From positions 124,667,953-124,731,952 of the forward strand of contig NC_068981.1 of NCBI RefSeq assembly GCF_001194135.2: a stretch of 64,000 nucleotides of DNA. The letters are read 5' to 3'. The translations under genes were made by a program, and so were the position numbers. The stretch's first letter is position 1. Each line of letters begins with the position of its first letter. Positions 37,350 through 49,082 of the stretch are shown here, one piece after another. The DNA comes from Octopus bimaculoides (Eukaryota). The notes beneath the pieces were generated by a model. That model ran no database searches. It was not told the DNA's origin and saw only the letters and a program-made list of their open reading frames with translations.

Positions 37350-38575
37350 ATGTTTTCATTATTCTGTGCAATGTCCTTTCTTTTTTATTTCAGATTCTTC
37401 AGTTTTAGGGTGAACCATGCTAATAGCTCTTGAATGAAAATAGCCCATTGAGACATTTTTTGTCCGAAAATGAAGGCTAATGATACATATTAAGCATACA
37501 TTGAGTATAGATTTAACAGAAAACTATAATGATATTATAACATTTATTGACATAATGAATTATTTAACCACATGAGCACCATTTCAATGGATAACTTCAA
37601 AAACCCCTATTAGTCATGGAATCTGTCAATTTCTTAATAGTAGCAGATTGGACTGCCTCTGCCGCAGCTTTGATGGTAAATTGGTGTCCATCAGCATAAA
37701 CATCTTGTTTAATGATGGACCGAAGATTTTCGATAGGGTTGAGATCCAGAGATGCTAGCAACCACATTATCAACCTTTCACCTTGTATACTCTAAGATCT
37801 TAGGAATGTTTGGGTGATCCTAGCAGAGTGGGAGGGAGTATTGTCAAGTATGAATACAAATTCCTTAGAAGTGACAGCAGTGCCATCTAGCCAGGGATCC
37901 TAGAACTCCTTCAGGAGATTGCAGTAGGCAGCTGCAATTACTTTAACTCCTTCAGGCACCCTCACTAGGCCAACAAGTCTGTCCCCAATGATACTAGTCC
38001 ACAACACGACTCCTTCACCCTGGTGTTGACGTCGTAAACGTTGGTGAAACTCAACTCTAAAATAGACTCAACCATTTTCCAAACCGTCAGGTTCATCAAG
38101 GGTTGCCCTGGCTTCCTCAGTGAACAGAACACAACTCATGTCTAACGTCATACTTTTGGGCCCATGGAAGCCTCAAACTCAAGTGAAGAGGCAGTTTCAG
38201 GGATTCTCACAAGGAAGTCATGGTCCCAAGGATACAATTTCTGGTTTTTGGTACATGAGGAATTCTGGAGGCGGTGAAAATAGCTTTGCTCGTTTGTCCA
38301 GGTTTCCTATGTAACTTGTGGCCAATATTCTTTAAATCCTTAGCTGTCACAGCTAAATCATTCATTATGTCAATAAATGTTATATTATTATTGTGGTCTT
38401 CTGTTAAATATAAACTCAACGTATGCTTAATATGTATCATTACCCTTCATTTTCTGAAAAAAAAAAAAAAAAAATGTCTAGCTAGGCTATTTTTATTCAA
38501 AAGCTATCAGCATGGTTCACCCAAAAACTGAAGAATCTGAAATAAAAAAGGATATTACGCAGAACAACAAAAACT
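37350..38575 (-). mobile_element. Tc1-like DD37E (TRT-type) transposon relic with TIRs of about 200 bp, inside a SPAK/OSR1 intron
   Basis: VLFTEE.RATLDEPDG; RRQHQGEGVVLW.SIIGD; DNTPSH-(37-residue spacing)-DLNPIENL. About 37350-37565 and 38350-38575 are diverged inverted repeats. Confidence 0.85.
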
Positions 38576-39791
38576 AACTGGACCTGTGAAAAATTCATGG
38601 AAAACATAAAAGACGTAAGCATCTGTAAACAGTGTACTGGTGTCATGAGAAATGTTTGCATATCATGACCGTCTGTCTTTATGTTCTGAGTTCAAATTCT
38701 GCCGAGATCAACTTTGTCCTTTCAGGGTTGATAAATTAAGTATCAGCTGTATACTGGGGTCGATCTAATCAACTGGCTCCCTCCCCACAAAAAATTCAGG
38801 CCTAGAAAAGTATATTGTGACAGTTACAGAATATAGAAAATAATGTAACACCAATGACTATATAATCCAACCAAAATATCTCAGTTACACAAACGTAGAC
38901 GGAATTACTATTTAACCTTAAAATACATCGTACATATTCAAATAAGCTTAATGTACAAATTGAAATGTAAAAGAACGAAATAATAAATGGATTTATGAAT
39001 GAAAGTTTGGTAATTGCGTTTATTTCCACCACACGACACTTATTATTGCAAACATGTTTTAACTGACCTAAACTATACACACACACACAAATACATTCAT
39101 ATATCGAGTTGTAGCTGTAATTCAAAGGGGCCAGCCTTGTCATATTCTGTGTGAGGCTGAATCTCCCTGAGAGCTATGTTAATGTTATGCATGCTTGTGG
39201 ACTACTCAGCCATTTGTGAGTTAATTTTATCGTGAGGTAATAAAAAGTGAAATTGACATCCAATATTTGCTGTGTGTAGGTATCTATGTATGAACTTTTC
39301 TTTGGATTTATGTATCTACTGTCTCTCTCACTTTCTCTTTCACTTCCTCTGTGTCCTTCTTCTCAGAAAACCAAGAAATCCTAAATTTCACTCCTAAGCT
39401 ATTAGCTTCCATCTTTCTCGTTATTCAAATACCCAATAAACACTGTGAAAGTGAACATGGTTTGCTGGTAAACTATCAGGTGTATACAATATGATTTATT
39501 CATTGTGTTCATTACTTTTTGCATCTGTTATTTATCATTGATCATTTATAAAAATGAAACTGTATCCTTTAATTTGCTGCTTTTCTCTACACAAACTGAG
39601 AAGATATCTTGTGGAACGGTTATTATTTTAATGGGATATATCTTGTAATCACCTGAGGAGACACATCTACACTGTCAGACACTGCTAATTCAGTTGTTAA
39701 ATATCCCACCTGTGAGGGATTGATGCTAGATGGGTCAAAGCATTGCAGTGATTAATAAACATTCTCATGTCTTCCATATCTCTCATTATTC

Positions 39792-39823
<32 letters not shown>

Positions 39824-40642
39824 CAAAATGGGACAAGAACGCAATACATCCAGACAGTTAGGTGATACAAAAAAGGAGACAACAAAACATCCAGATAGAT
39901 GAAACAAAGAAAACAAGGATGGGTCATTTGGAGTTTTCTTTCCTCAGTCAAGTTCCAGATTATCTTTGCAATTTTGGCTGGTTATACTCGAGATTGCTCC
40001 ATCTGGCCAGCTCCAAGGAAAAACTAAGCAAAGAGCATTAGATTCCTTGGAAGAAAGCAGCAAATGTATACGAAAACAAGGACAGAAAAAAAAACGGAGA
40101 ATGTTACACAAATACAAATAACAGGACATAACAACAGGTGTCTTTTGACTAAGGACAAATTAAATAAAGCTGGCATGTGTGGAAATAAAGCTTTACGGCA
40201 GGGATATAAGATTTCACAGGCACAGGGAGGGATATAGATGTTGCACAGACGACGGCCGAACCAAGAAAGAAAGATCAGGCTTCGCCGAACACCAGTCATA
40301 TGGGGAGAGAAGAGAAAGAGGTAGAGGCAGAAGGACAGAAGAATTAAGGAGAGGCGAGAAAAAATGACAGGGACACAGTGAAGTGAAAAGAGGAGGGAAA
40401 GCGAGCAAGAAGAGAAGGCAAGGAAATATGAGAGAGTGGGAACGAAAGGTATATATATATATATATAAATTGTAAATGCAAAAAATAAAAACAAAAACAC
40501 AAAGGATTCTGCGGTACACGTGTTTCAAGCTTTATATCAGTGTATAATTGACAATACAAAGCTATCTTCAGCCGCAAAAGTATTTCTCTCCCAAGAAATT
40601 ATATCACATCGGCGTTAAAGGAGGAAGAAGTGTTAAGAAGTG

Positions 40643-40685
<43 letters not shown>

Positions 40686-41847
40686 CATACAGTAGCCATT
40701 TATATATCATAATTAACGTATATACAGTCTTGATAGGTCAGTTAGTGTAGTATTTGTCCTGAGATAACATCACTTATGGACACGCTGTATTGAAAACAAT
40801 AAATGTTGTTATACATCAAGTATCACACATAGGTGGCTATATTAATTTAATGCTTTCTCAGTTCCATATACTGGATTTATATACAGAGTGGTAGACCACA
40901 CATTTATTAAACATGTATTTCAACTTGCAGTAAAACTAAGACTCCATAGTTTAAATGACAAGGTTTGGACAACATGATGTGGTGGTTGGAGAGTAGGTAG
41001 CATTACTCTAGGTACCTTCACTCCCACTAAACAGTTAATAAGCTAACATAAAGATCACCCAGATGTAATTAAATGTACTTGTTCCTACAAGACTTAGACA
41101 AATATTTTTATACAAATATTTAAATTAGTAACAATGAAAAGAAAAAAAGAAAATCTACCCTTGGTGGCTTAAAGCAAAATAATATGTGAAAAAGTGCATT
41201 AAATATATTTTCCTTTCTTTCTTCTGATTTGTTTACACATATGTCCCACTTAATGCAATTATTGATGTTAGAAATCAATAACAGAATTAGCATAATTAAT
41301 GAATTCAATTTGCATTTAAACATAAACTATCAACAATGAATGCTATAAATAAACAAGAATAAGATTATAGTGGTTTAGAAACGAAAATGCTGAATGTTGT
41401 AAAGTGAGTCTAATCTGTGAAATGCCAACTCAATTTTTTTTTTTTTTTTTTTTTAAATTTAATAAAAGAAAAAAACCCTGAAAACATTGAATGTTCCTGT
41501 TTGAATAAATTACATTTAACCCAGGTGGACTATTTCAGTTTTATTTTTGTAATTTTCACATGTCTTATATATTCTAATGGAATTCCAGACAGACTCCATT
41601 TGGTTCTTATGCACTTTCAGAAGAGTCAGACCTTGGCCCTTGTAAAACTCATAAACGCTGCCCATCTTCCTTCATAATAAACTATAAAAAAAATTAAAAC
41701 ATCATCATTTAATGACCATTGTCCATCCTGGCATGGGTTGGACAGTTTGACCAGAGTTGGCAAGCTACACCAGACTCCAGTCTGATTTGGTATGGTTTCT
41801 ACAGCTGGATGCCCTTCCTAATACCAACCACTTTACAGAGTTAGCTG

Positions 41848-42015
41848 GGTGCTTTTATGTGGGACCACACAGGCACTTTTATGTGACACCGCACAGGCAC
41901 TTTTACACGGTACTGCATGGGCACTTTTACAAGGCACCGCACAGGCACTTTTATGTGGCACTGCATGGGCACTTTTACATGATGTCACACGAGTGTTTTT
42001 TACATGGCATCACCA
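41848..42015. repeat. Minisatellite, about 7 x 24 bp (GCACTTTTAYRTGGCACYGCAYRG-like)
   Basis: Tandem units visible directly; a similar 25-bp array at 44115-44215. Confidence 0.8.
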
Positions 42016-42748
42016 CAAGCAAGATTGATCTTAACACTTCTGCTGTGGGGTATGGGTCTTCTTGAGTGCAACCAGGTGCCAGGTGTCTCAGTCCTTTGTC
42101 ATCTCTCCTGAACGGTTCAGTTTTCCAAAGTTATTCTTCAGTACATTATATGTATTTCATAATTGTGTGTATCCTGCTCTTTAGAACAGCCACACTTATA
42201 TCATAGTATGTTGTAAGACGCAATTAAAAGGGGGCTGGTTTCAAAAATGGAATCAAGACATAAAGTCCAATCTGTGTCAGCACAGAAAAGGAAACGTGAA
42301 AACAATGATGATAAAGTATTTTCTAATTGTAATCAGAATTTAAGATTGTAAAATTTAGAAAACATAAAACAAGCAGCCAAAACATGGGATTTCTGGAGTA
42401 ACGTTACTCAACAGAGTCTCTCCAGGTTGAACTATTACTTCTCCCCATTGAGAGGTCACAGTTCTGGTACTGCAGACATGATTAAAATGTCACAGAAAAG
42501 CATTGCAAGGGAGATTATTCAAGTCAAGTAAACAGGCAGGAGACCCAAGAGTAAATCAAGAATGAAATGGTTAGATATTATCCATAGTCTCAGTTGATCA
42601 CACTTGGGGATCCAGTTGGAAAACCTAATGTTGGTTGCTTCTGACAAGAGCCTATACAGGAGATGCCCAAGAATTCTACCCTCGCAACCCTCTCAGGAAT
42701 AACTGAATGGAGGGGATGGAAAAAAAAGAAATAAAAAAGTTTGCTTAC

Positions 42749-42817
42749 CAACAATTAAATCACGACCATCAACAAGACCAGCTTCAACTAGTTCTCTGGA
42801 GACACTATCTGATGTAT
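42749..42817 (-). CDS. OXSR1: SPAK/OSR1 kinase exon (TSDSVSRELVEAGLVDGRDLIV-V)
   Basis: TTATTCTTTTAG acceptor, TG|GTAAGC donor, 69 nt, phase 1 to 1. Matches OSR1 TAEGVSQELISAGLVDGRDLVIV. Confidence 0.95.
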
Positions 42818-43005
42818 CTAAAAGAATAAAGTTTTGAATTTAGAAACCAGAAAAAAACACATACACATTCATACATGCATATCTATTGTAAATATGCCCA
42901 ATTATGTATATTTATTCAAAACAATTAATTGAATCTGATAGTAGTCAATCACATAACCAAAATTCAGTCTTAGACTTCATCTGTGTCACATTCATAATCA
43001 TTTAA

Positions 43006-43974
43006 CCCTTTCGTTACTAACCCGGTTTTGGTTCATAAGACTAACCCAGCCGTAGCTGGCCGAGCGTACCCATTGTTATTTAAATGTATATTTGAACCCA
43101 AATTTCGTTAGTACATTCGTTCAAACACCTGATTTCACTTTGCAAACAGTTGAGTTATTGTCTCTGAGTTCAAATATCACGCCAAATAATGTCAGTGAAT
43201 TTTGGAAGATTTTTTTCCACATTTTTTGCGGCGTTAATTTTTTTCAACTTTGAAGATGGAGAGGAGTTTCTTGCTATCAAGCAGTGATTCTGAATTTGAA
43301 GGTTTTTCAACAGAAGATATCGAGATATCGAAGAAAAGAATGAATGAGCTACAAAGGCACGTGGTGAACGATAATGAATCGGATATTTCTGTATCCGAAA
43401 CTGAAAGCAGCGACGGCGACAGCNNNNNNNNNNNNNNNNNNNNNNNNNNNNNNNNNNNNNNNNNNNNNNNNNNNNNNNNNNNNNNNNNNNNNNNNNNNNN
43501 NNNNNNNNNNNNNNNNNNNNNNNNNNNNNNNNNNNNNNNNNNNNNNNNNNNNNNNNNNNNNNNNNNNNNNNNNNNNNNNNNNNNNNNNNNNNNNNNNNNN
43601 NNNNNNNNNNNNNNNNNNNNNNNNNNNNNNNNNNNNNNNNNNNNNNNNNNNNNNNNNNNNNNNNNNNNNNNNNNNNNNNNNNNNNNNNNNNNNNNNNNNN
43701 NNNNNNNNNNNNNNGAAGCTGAACCAATATTTACATGTGAGAGACACTAGCAGTACCCCCCCACCCAGTACGTGGAGAACTTAGAGACAAAAATTATGCA
43801 ATAGAATTGATTAAGAACCCTTTCTTTAATTATGTTCCAAATATCACATTAATATGTTGATAAATAAAAAAGTTACAGGTGTTTAATGAGACTAGTCTAA
43901 ATTCATGATTATTTTAGAATTTAATTGAAACTCATGAGGGGTGTATTTTGGCCAGAAATATAGTAACGAAAGGG
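43006..43974 (+). mobile_element. Internally deleted piggyBac element
   Basis: TTAA at 43002-43005 and 43975-43978; perfect 14-bp TIR CCCTTTCGTTACTA; acidic N-terminal ORF (SSSDSEFEGFSTEDIE...SDISVSETESSDGDS) running into the gap. Confidence 0.88.
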
Positions 43975-45801
43975 TTAACATCTGTTCTCCATACTGACAT
44001 GGGTTGGATTTTTTGACCGAAACTGGGGAGCTGCCCAGGCTTCATTTGTCTGTTTTAGCATGGTTTCTATGGATGGATGCCCTTACTAACACCAACCATC
44101 TTACAGAGTGCATTGGGTGCTTTTATGTAGGACTAGCATGGGTGCTGTTATGTGGGACCAGCACAGGCGCTGTTACATAGCATCTGCATGGGTGCTTTTA
44201 TGTACACAAGCACCCATATTCCAAATCTGTTAATTTTTTGGAAGAATCACATCAACAGCCACTTTCAATGATTGCATGGATCAGACAGAATTTGTTGAGG
44301 AGGATTTTCTATTACTGGATACCCTTTCTATTTCCAAGCAACGTAGTATTTCCTCATGGCCAGACATGATTTCACAGAATACTGGAAATGAAGGACAATG
44401 GTGATGACACTTATTTACAACTATCATGTGAAGTCAAGGCAAGGAGACAACAACATACAAGCATATAAACACACACACACACACACATATATATATATGT
44501 ACAGACTTTTTTCAGTTTCCTATTTCTTTACTGCCCACAAGGAGCTAAACATAGAGGAGACAAACAAGGACAGACAAAGGGATTAAGTTGATTACATCGA
44601 CCCTAGTGCGTAACTGGTACTTTATTTATCGACCCTGAAAGGATGAAAGGCAAAGTCGACCTTGGCGGAATTTGAACTCAGAACGTAACGGCAGACGAAA
44701 TACCGCTAAGCATTTCGCCCGGTGTGCTAACGTTTCTGCCAGCTCGCCACCTTGTTTCCATTTACCAGATTCACTCACAAGGCTCTGTTTTTAAAAATAT
44801 ATTCTAAGTAACATCTGTAGATTTCAATTGTCCTCTCCATTTAATGAGGTTGATGTGATTATGTTAAAATATGAGAAAGATATTAGAAATGCCAACAGTC
44901 ACAACCTATCAGTTATAAAATATTATATGAAAAATAAACAAAAGACACTCTCCACTATATTTATTCAGTTTCTATCATTCAATGTATGAAAGCTGTTTCA
45001 GACAGAATTTCAACACACTGTCTTTTCGATTTTCTATTTAACATACAATTTGGAATTACTGAATGCAAAGGCAGCTGTTCCAACTTATTCAATGCATTAA
45101 TTTAATAATCAGCTTGAACAGCTTTAACTACAAACTAAATTCAATACCTTTTACTTGTTTCTGTCATTGGACTAAGGCCATGCTGAGGCACCACCTTGAG
45201 GGGTTTTTAGTCAAACAAATTGTTCCTGGCACTTATTTTGTGTGATACTTATTCTATCATGCTCTTTGCTGAATCACTAAGTTATGGGGACATAAACCAA
45301 CACTGGTTGTCAAGCATAGGGGGAACACAAACACACACAATGGGTTTCCACATAGTGTCTGCCAATCAAATTAACTTACAAGGCAATGGCCAGCCCAAAG
45401 CTATAGTAAAAGACACTTGCCCAAGGAGACGCAGAGTGGACTGTACCTGAAACCACATGGTTGCAAATCAAGCTTCTTAACCACACAGCTAAACCTGTAC
45501 CTATGCACCATCATTGTTTGGTGTACATTTTCCATGCTGGCATGGGATGGACAGTTTGACTTGAAACTGGTAAGCCGGAGAGCTGCATCTGACTCCAGTT
45601 TGTTTCTACATCTGGATGCCCTTCCTAATGCAAACCACTCCACAGTGTGTACCGGGTGCCTAACAGCCACAGGTATGCACCCATTGGAAAATCTCATCAT
45701 TCTTCAACGAATAAAAACAACACCTTCAACCCCTGCCACACGCCCAATATCTTTTAGTCAATGTTCCCGGTAATTTTTCCCAATCACTGAGCAAAACTTA
45801 A

Positions 45802-46012
45802 CCCTTTAGCATTCAGATTATTCTGTCAAAAGTAATGCTTATTTATTCACATTTGTTTTGAATTAATCAAGCATTATCTTGTAACTTTGAGATGAAGTAA
45901 ATGTTAATTTTTACTATGATATTGTAGGATTGGTGTCAGGGGCCAGGTGCAGCCAATTTGAACATAAAACAGAATATTTTGGCCAGATATGGCTGGTTTA
46001 AATGTTAAATCA
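45802..46012 (+). mobile_element. piggyBac-type MITE (about 215 bp)
   Basis: TTAA|CCCTTTAGCATTCAGATT...GGTTTAAATGTTAAA; right terminus degraded. Confidence 0.75.
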
Positions 46013-47446
46013 TTAAATATTTTGAGCAAACAAATATTTTAAGTCCAAATCTACTATGCAGCACTTTCATGCAACTCATCAAGCAAATGTTTGTAAAATA
46101 AAGTGACTAGAAGCATTTTGATGCAAGCCACATATATTCAATGAGTGTGCAGCTGCTCAGCTATGTAGATTAGAGGGAACATTGATTTAGAACAAGTCAG
46201 CAAGATCATCAGAACTCCACTAGTTCTATGTGGTTGATTATCACATAGTAAATATGTTTCTCCTCTGACCCAGCTCAGACACATCCCCACAACCAAATTC
46301 CATCACCCTGGCACCTCTCAATTTTTTTCCACTTCAAAAATTACAACAGAACTGGTATTTTACAAAGAGGGACTCCAATAACTTGGCAGAATCTTTCTAC
46401 CCGCCATTTCACCTACGTCACTAAAATTCATGCTTTCAACAAAACTCTAATTTTCCATGTCCCAAGTGTTAACCACCACATACAGTTTCCATCATCATTG
46501 TTTTAATGTCCACTTTTTCTATGCTTGCACAGGTCAGCTTTTCTACAAATACCCCTTCTGTCACCAAGCTACACTTGTTACCAAGCAAGGAATATTTCAC
46601 CTTGGCCAGAAGTGTTCTCCACAGAAGAGTGGAAACAAACATCATTGCTTGTATGATGGTGATGTTCATTGATTCTAAGGTAATATTCCTAGTGCACCCC
46701 ACCCCCAACTTACCATCACAGACATAGACCATTATCTGCAGCAAATTCAAAACAGTATTTCACAAATAAAAACTTAACGTAATTAACCCTTTATTCTGCA
46801 TATTTTTTTACACTCATTGCCCCGTTTCAGTCACCCCGTTATCACCTCATTTTTCTTCAATGCCCCCTGGATCTTTTCACTGCCCCCAGAGGGGTAGTAC
46901 CACCCACTTTGGGAATCACTGATTTACAACCATCCCATGATGTCAAGACAAGGATACACACAAACCTGAGTAGTGAGGCATGAATCTAAACTCAGTAAGG
47001 CTTTCTTACCCTGCTATGTTTTCTAATTGTTACTAATATTTCTTGAGGCCAAGTCCTGTTGAGGTCAACTGTGCCATTCATGCTTCTGGAGTCAATAAAC
47101 TATATCACCAGTCAAGTAGTAGCATCAATAAATCAATAAGATGTATCATCAGTCAAGTAGCAGCGTCAATTTAAATGACAATACCTGACATTGTACCACT
47201 GTTACAGATTAATAATGATTTCTTGAAATTAAGTCTAGTAATCTCTTTAATCCATTTTCTCCACTACCTCACTCATGTCTACTGCTGTTAAGTTTTAACT
47301 AACATTTATTATGAGCCGGATAATGAAGTAGATAAGGGTCCCTTGAGAATATGATATTATTTTCAAGACTTAGGTAAAGTAGGACAGACTAAGCACATTC
47401 GGAAGACCGATTATTTTCTGAGAAAAGAATTTAGTCATTGGAATAC

Positions 47447-47499
47447 CTTGTCCTGGCGTAAAATCAAATTTGATGTCATTTAGAACTCTTTTCTCATTT
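47447..47499 (-). CDS. OXSR1: SPAK/OSR1 kinase exon (NEKRVLNDIKFDFTPGQ-D)
   Basis: TTTATTTACAG acceptor, AG|GTATTC donor, 53 nt, phase 2 to 1. Matches OSR1 NSKKELNDIRFEFTPGRD. Confidence 0.93.
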
Positions 47500-49041
47500 C
47501 TGTAAATAAACAAATATATAATTAAATCTTTGAACAAAATTACTATTGTTATTAACACACACACACACAATGCTGAAAATCTAGTTTCTTCACTGAATGA
47601 TTTGATAGATTTTTTGATGTGCCTGGGTAGTATTATGGTATAGAAGACAAGCTGTGTCCATGCAGCATGTCCCCACTCTCTACGTTGCTGATGGATCCAA
47701 AGGAACAGCATGGCCATTGCAATTTGGCACCACTGTCATCACACAACTTGCCAGAATAAGGTTGTAGATAATATCAAACTGCCTCAGGGGCTCCAACTCC
47801 TGATTTTTTTCCCCAAGGTTTACTCCTGAAGCCTTTTCTATATAAGTCAGGTATGGCTGCAAGGCAGTGGAGGTTTGGAACTGGGATTTTTCCTTCTCCT
47901 AGAAGGGTAGTTCCCCCAAACACACACCCTCTAGCTAATGAGATCTGCCTGTCCAGTATATATATTCTAGAAAACAGTGCTTCATTGAATAAAGAAGTAT
48001 TTTCCAACCCCACTATAACTTTCCAGAAAAATGTATGTCTCACCAGTGGCTAGAAAAAAATTATAGGTGTTCGTATGTTTGTTGCGAAAAAAAAAAAAAA
48101 AAGATTTTCACACTTCCATGTCCCACTAAAAAAGGAAAAAAATTTAGATTCCATACTCCACCACAATATTCCAAAGGTCCATCGCTGGGATGTGTGCCCA
48201 ACATTGGAAATCACTGGTATAGAAAATAGGGTAACAACTAAATTACATTGGTATTCTGATTGATATCTGGACTATATGTATTCCAGTATTGAAATAGTGA
48301 AAATGAGCATGCCAACTAATACAGTTTCAGCAAGAAGGCATAAAAGATTTAGCTATTTTAACTTTGCTGTATTTTGCATTTGTCTGGATTGGACAGGTGA
48401 AATAAGACAAAATAGTATTAGCTTTATAGTGAGTCACAACCTAGATGTATACAGATGATTGAAGATAGTTAGATGGGTCTGTATAAAATAAATGATAAAC
48501 ATAAAAGAATATCTTAACCAACATTTTTCATGGAGCAACAAATTTGGTCACTTAAATAATGCACAAGATGAAACTATAACATTACAGTATTTTAACAGTC
48601 ACATTTGCTAATACAAGCATACACAAACACACAAACAATTATTGTTTGCTACTTTTTTTTATTAAAAAATCTTTTTTAAATTTAAATTCTTTCTCATTAC
48701 AGATTTGTTACCTGTTTTAAGTTACATTTCTTTTATAGTGGAAAGATCAAAGACCGAGTTATAGAAAGTGTATTACTTGAATACCAACCATACCAGTTTC
48801 CTTGAATGCCAGATTTTACCATATTACTACAATATAGTAATAAGTTATTGAAATTGTTTGAAGTTAAGACAACACATGACAAGTGAGATAGTTGAATGTA
48901 GCCAAAAGAATAAAGAACTGAGTTTTTTTAAAATTCACTGCGTTATTAGAAAAAGAACAAAATATACAGCATGAAACCATGAACAAGAAAAGAATAACAA
49001 TATTTTTTTAAAATTGGAAACATGTAGAATAATGCACTAAC

Positions 49042-49082
49042 CTTAATCGCAAGACCAGTCCAATTGGTACCTCTACTGGTTT
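49042..49082 (-). CDS. OXSR1: SPAK/OSR1 kinase exon (KPVEVPIGLVLRL-R), start of CCT domain
   Basis: Acceptor T9ATTTCCCCCCACTCTGTTGCTAG, donor AG|GTTAGT, 41 nt, phase 0 to 2. Matches human OSR1 KIPISLVLRLR. Confidence 0.88.

Noticed and set aside
40862-40962. Plus-strand exon-like ORF (PYTGFIYRVVDHTFIKHVFQLAVKLRLHSLNDK) with AG/GT ends
   Set aside because: No recognisable homology, weak donor, no partner exons, and antisense within a SPAK/OSR1 intron; such strings arise by chance here.
41848-42015. CRISPR-like repeat array
   Set aside because: Units are contiguous with no unique spacers, in a eukaryotic context; it is a minisatellite.
48739-48805. Plus-strand terminal-exon-like peptide GKIKDRVIESVLLEYQPYQFP*
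   Set aside because: Short, unrecognised, and antisense inside a kinase intron.
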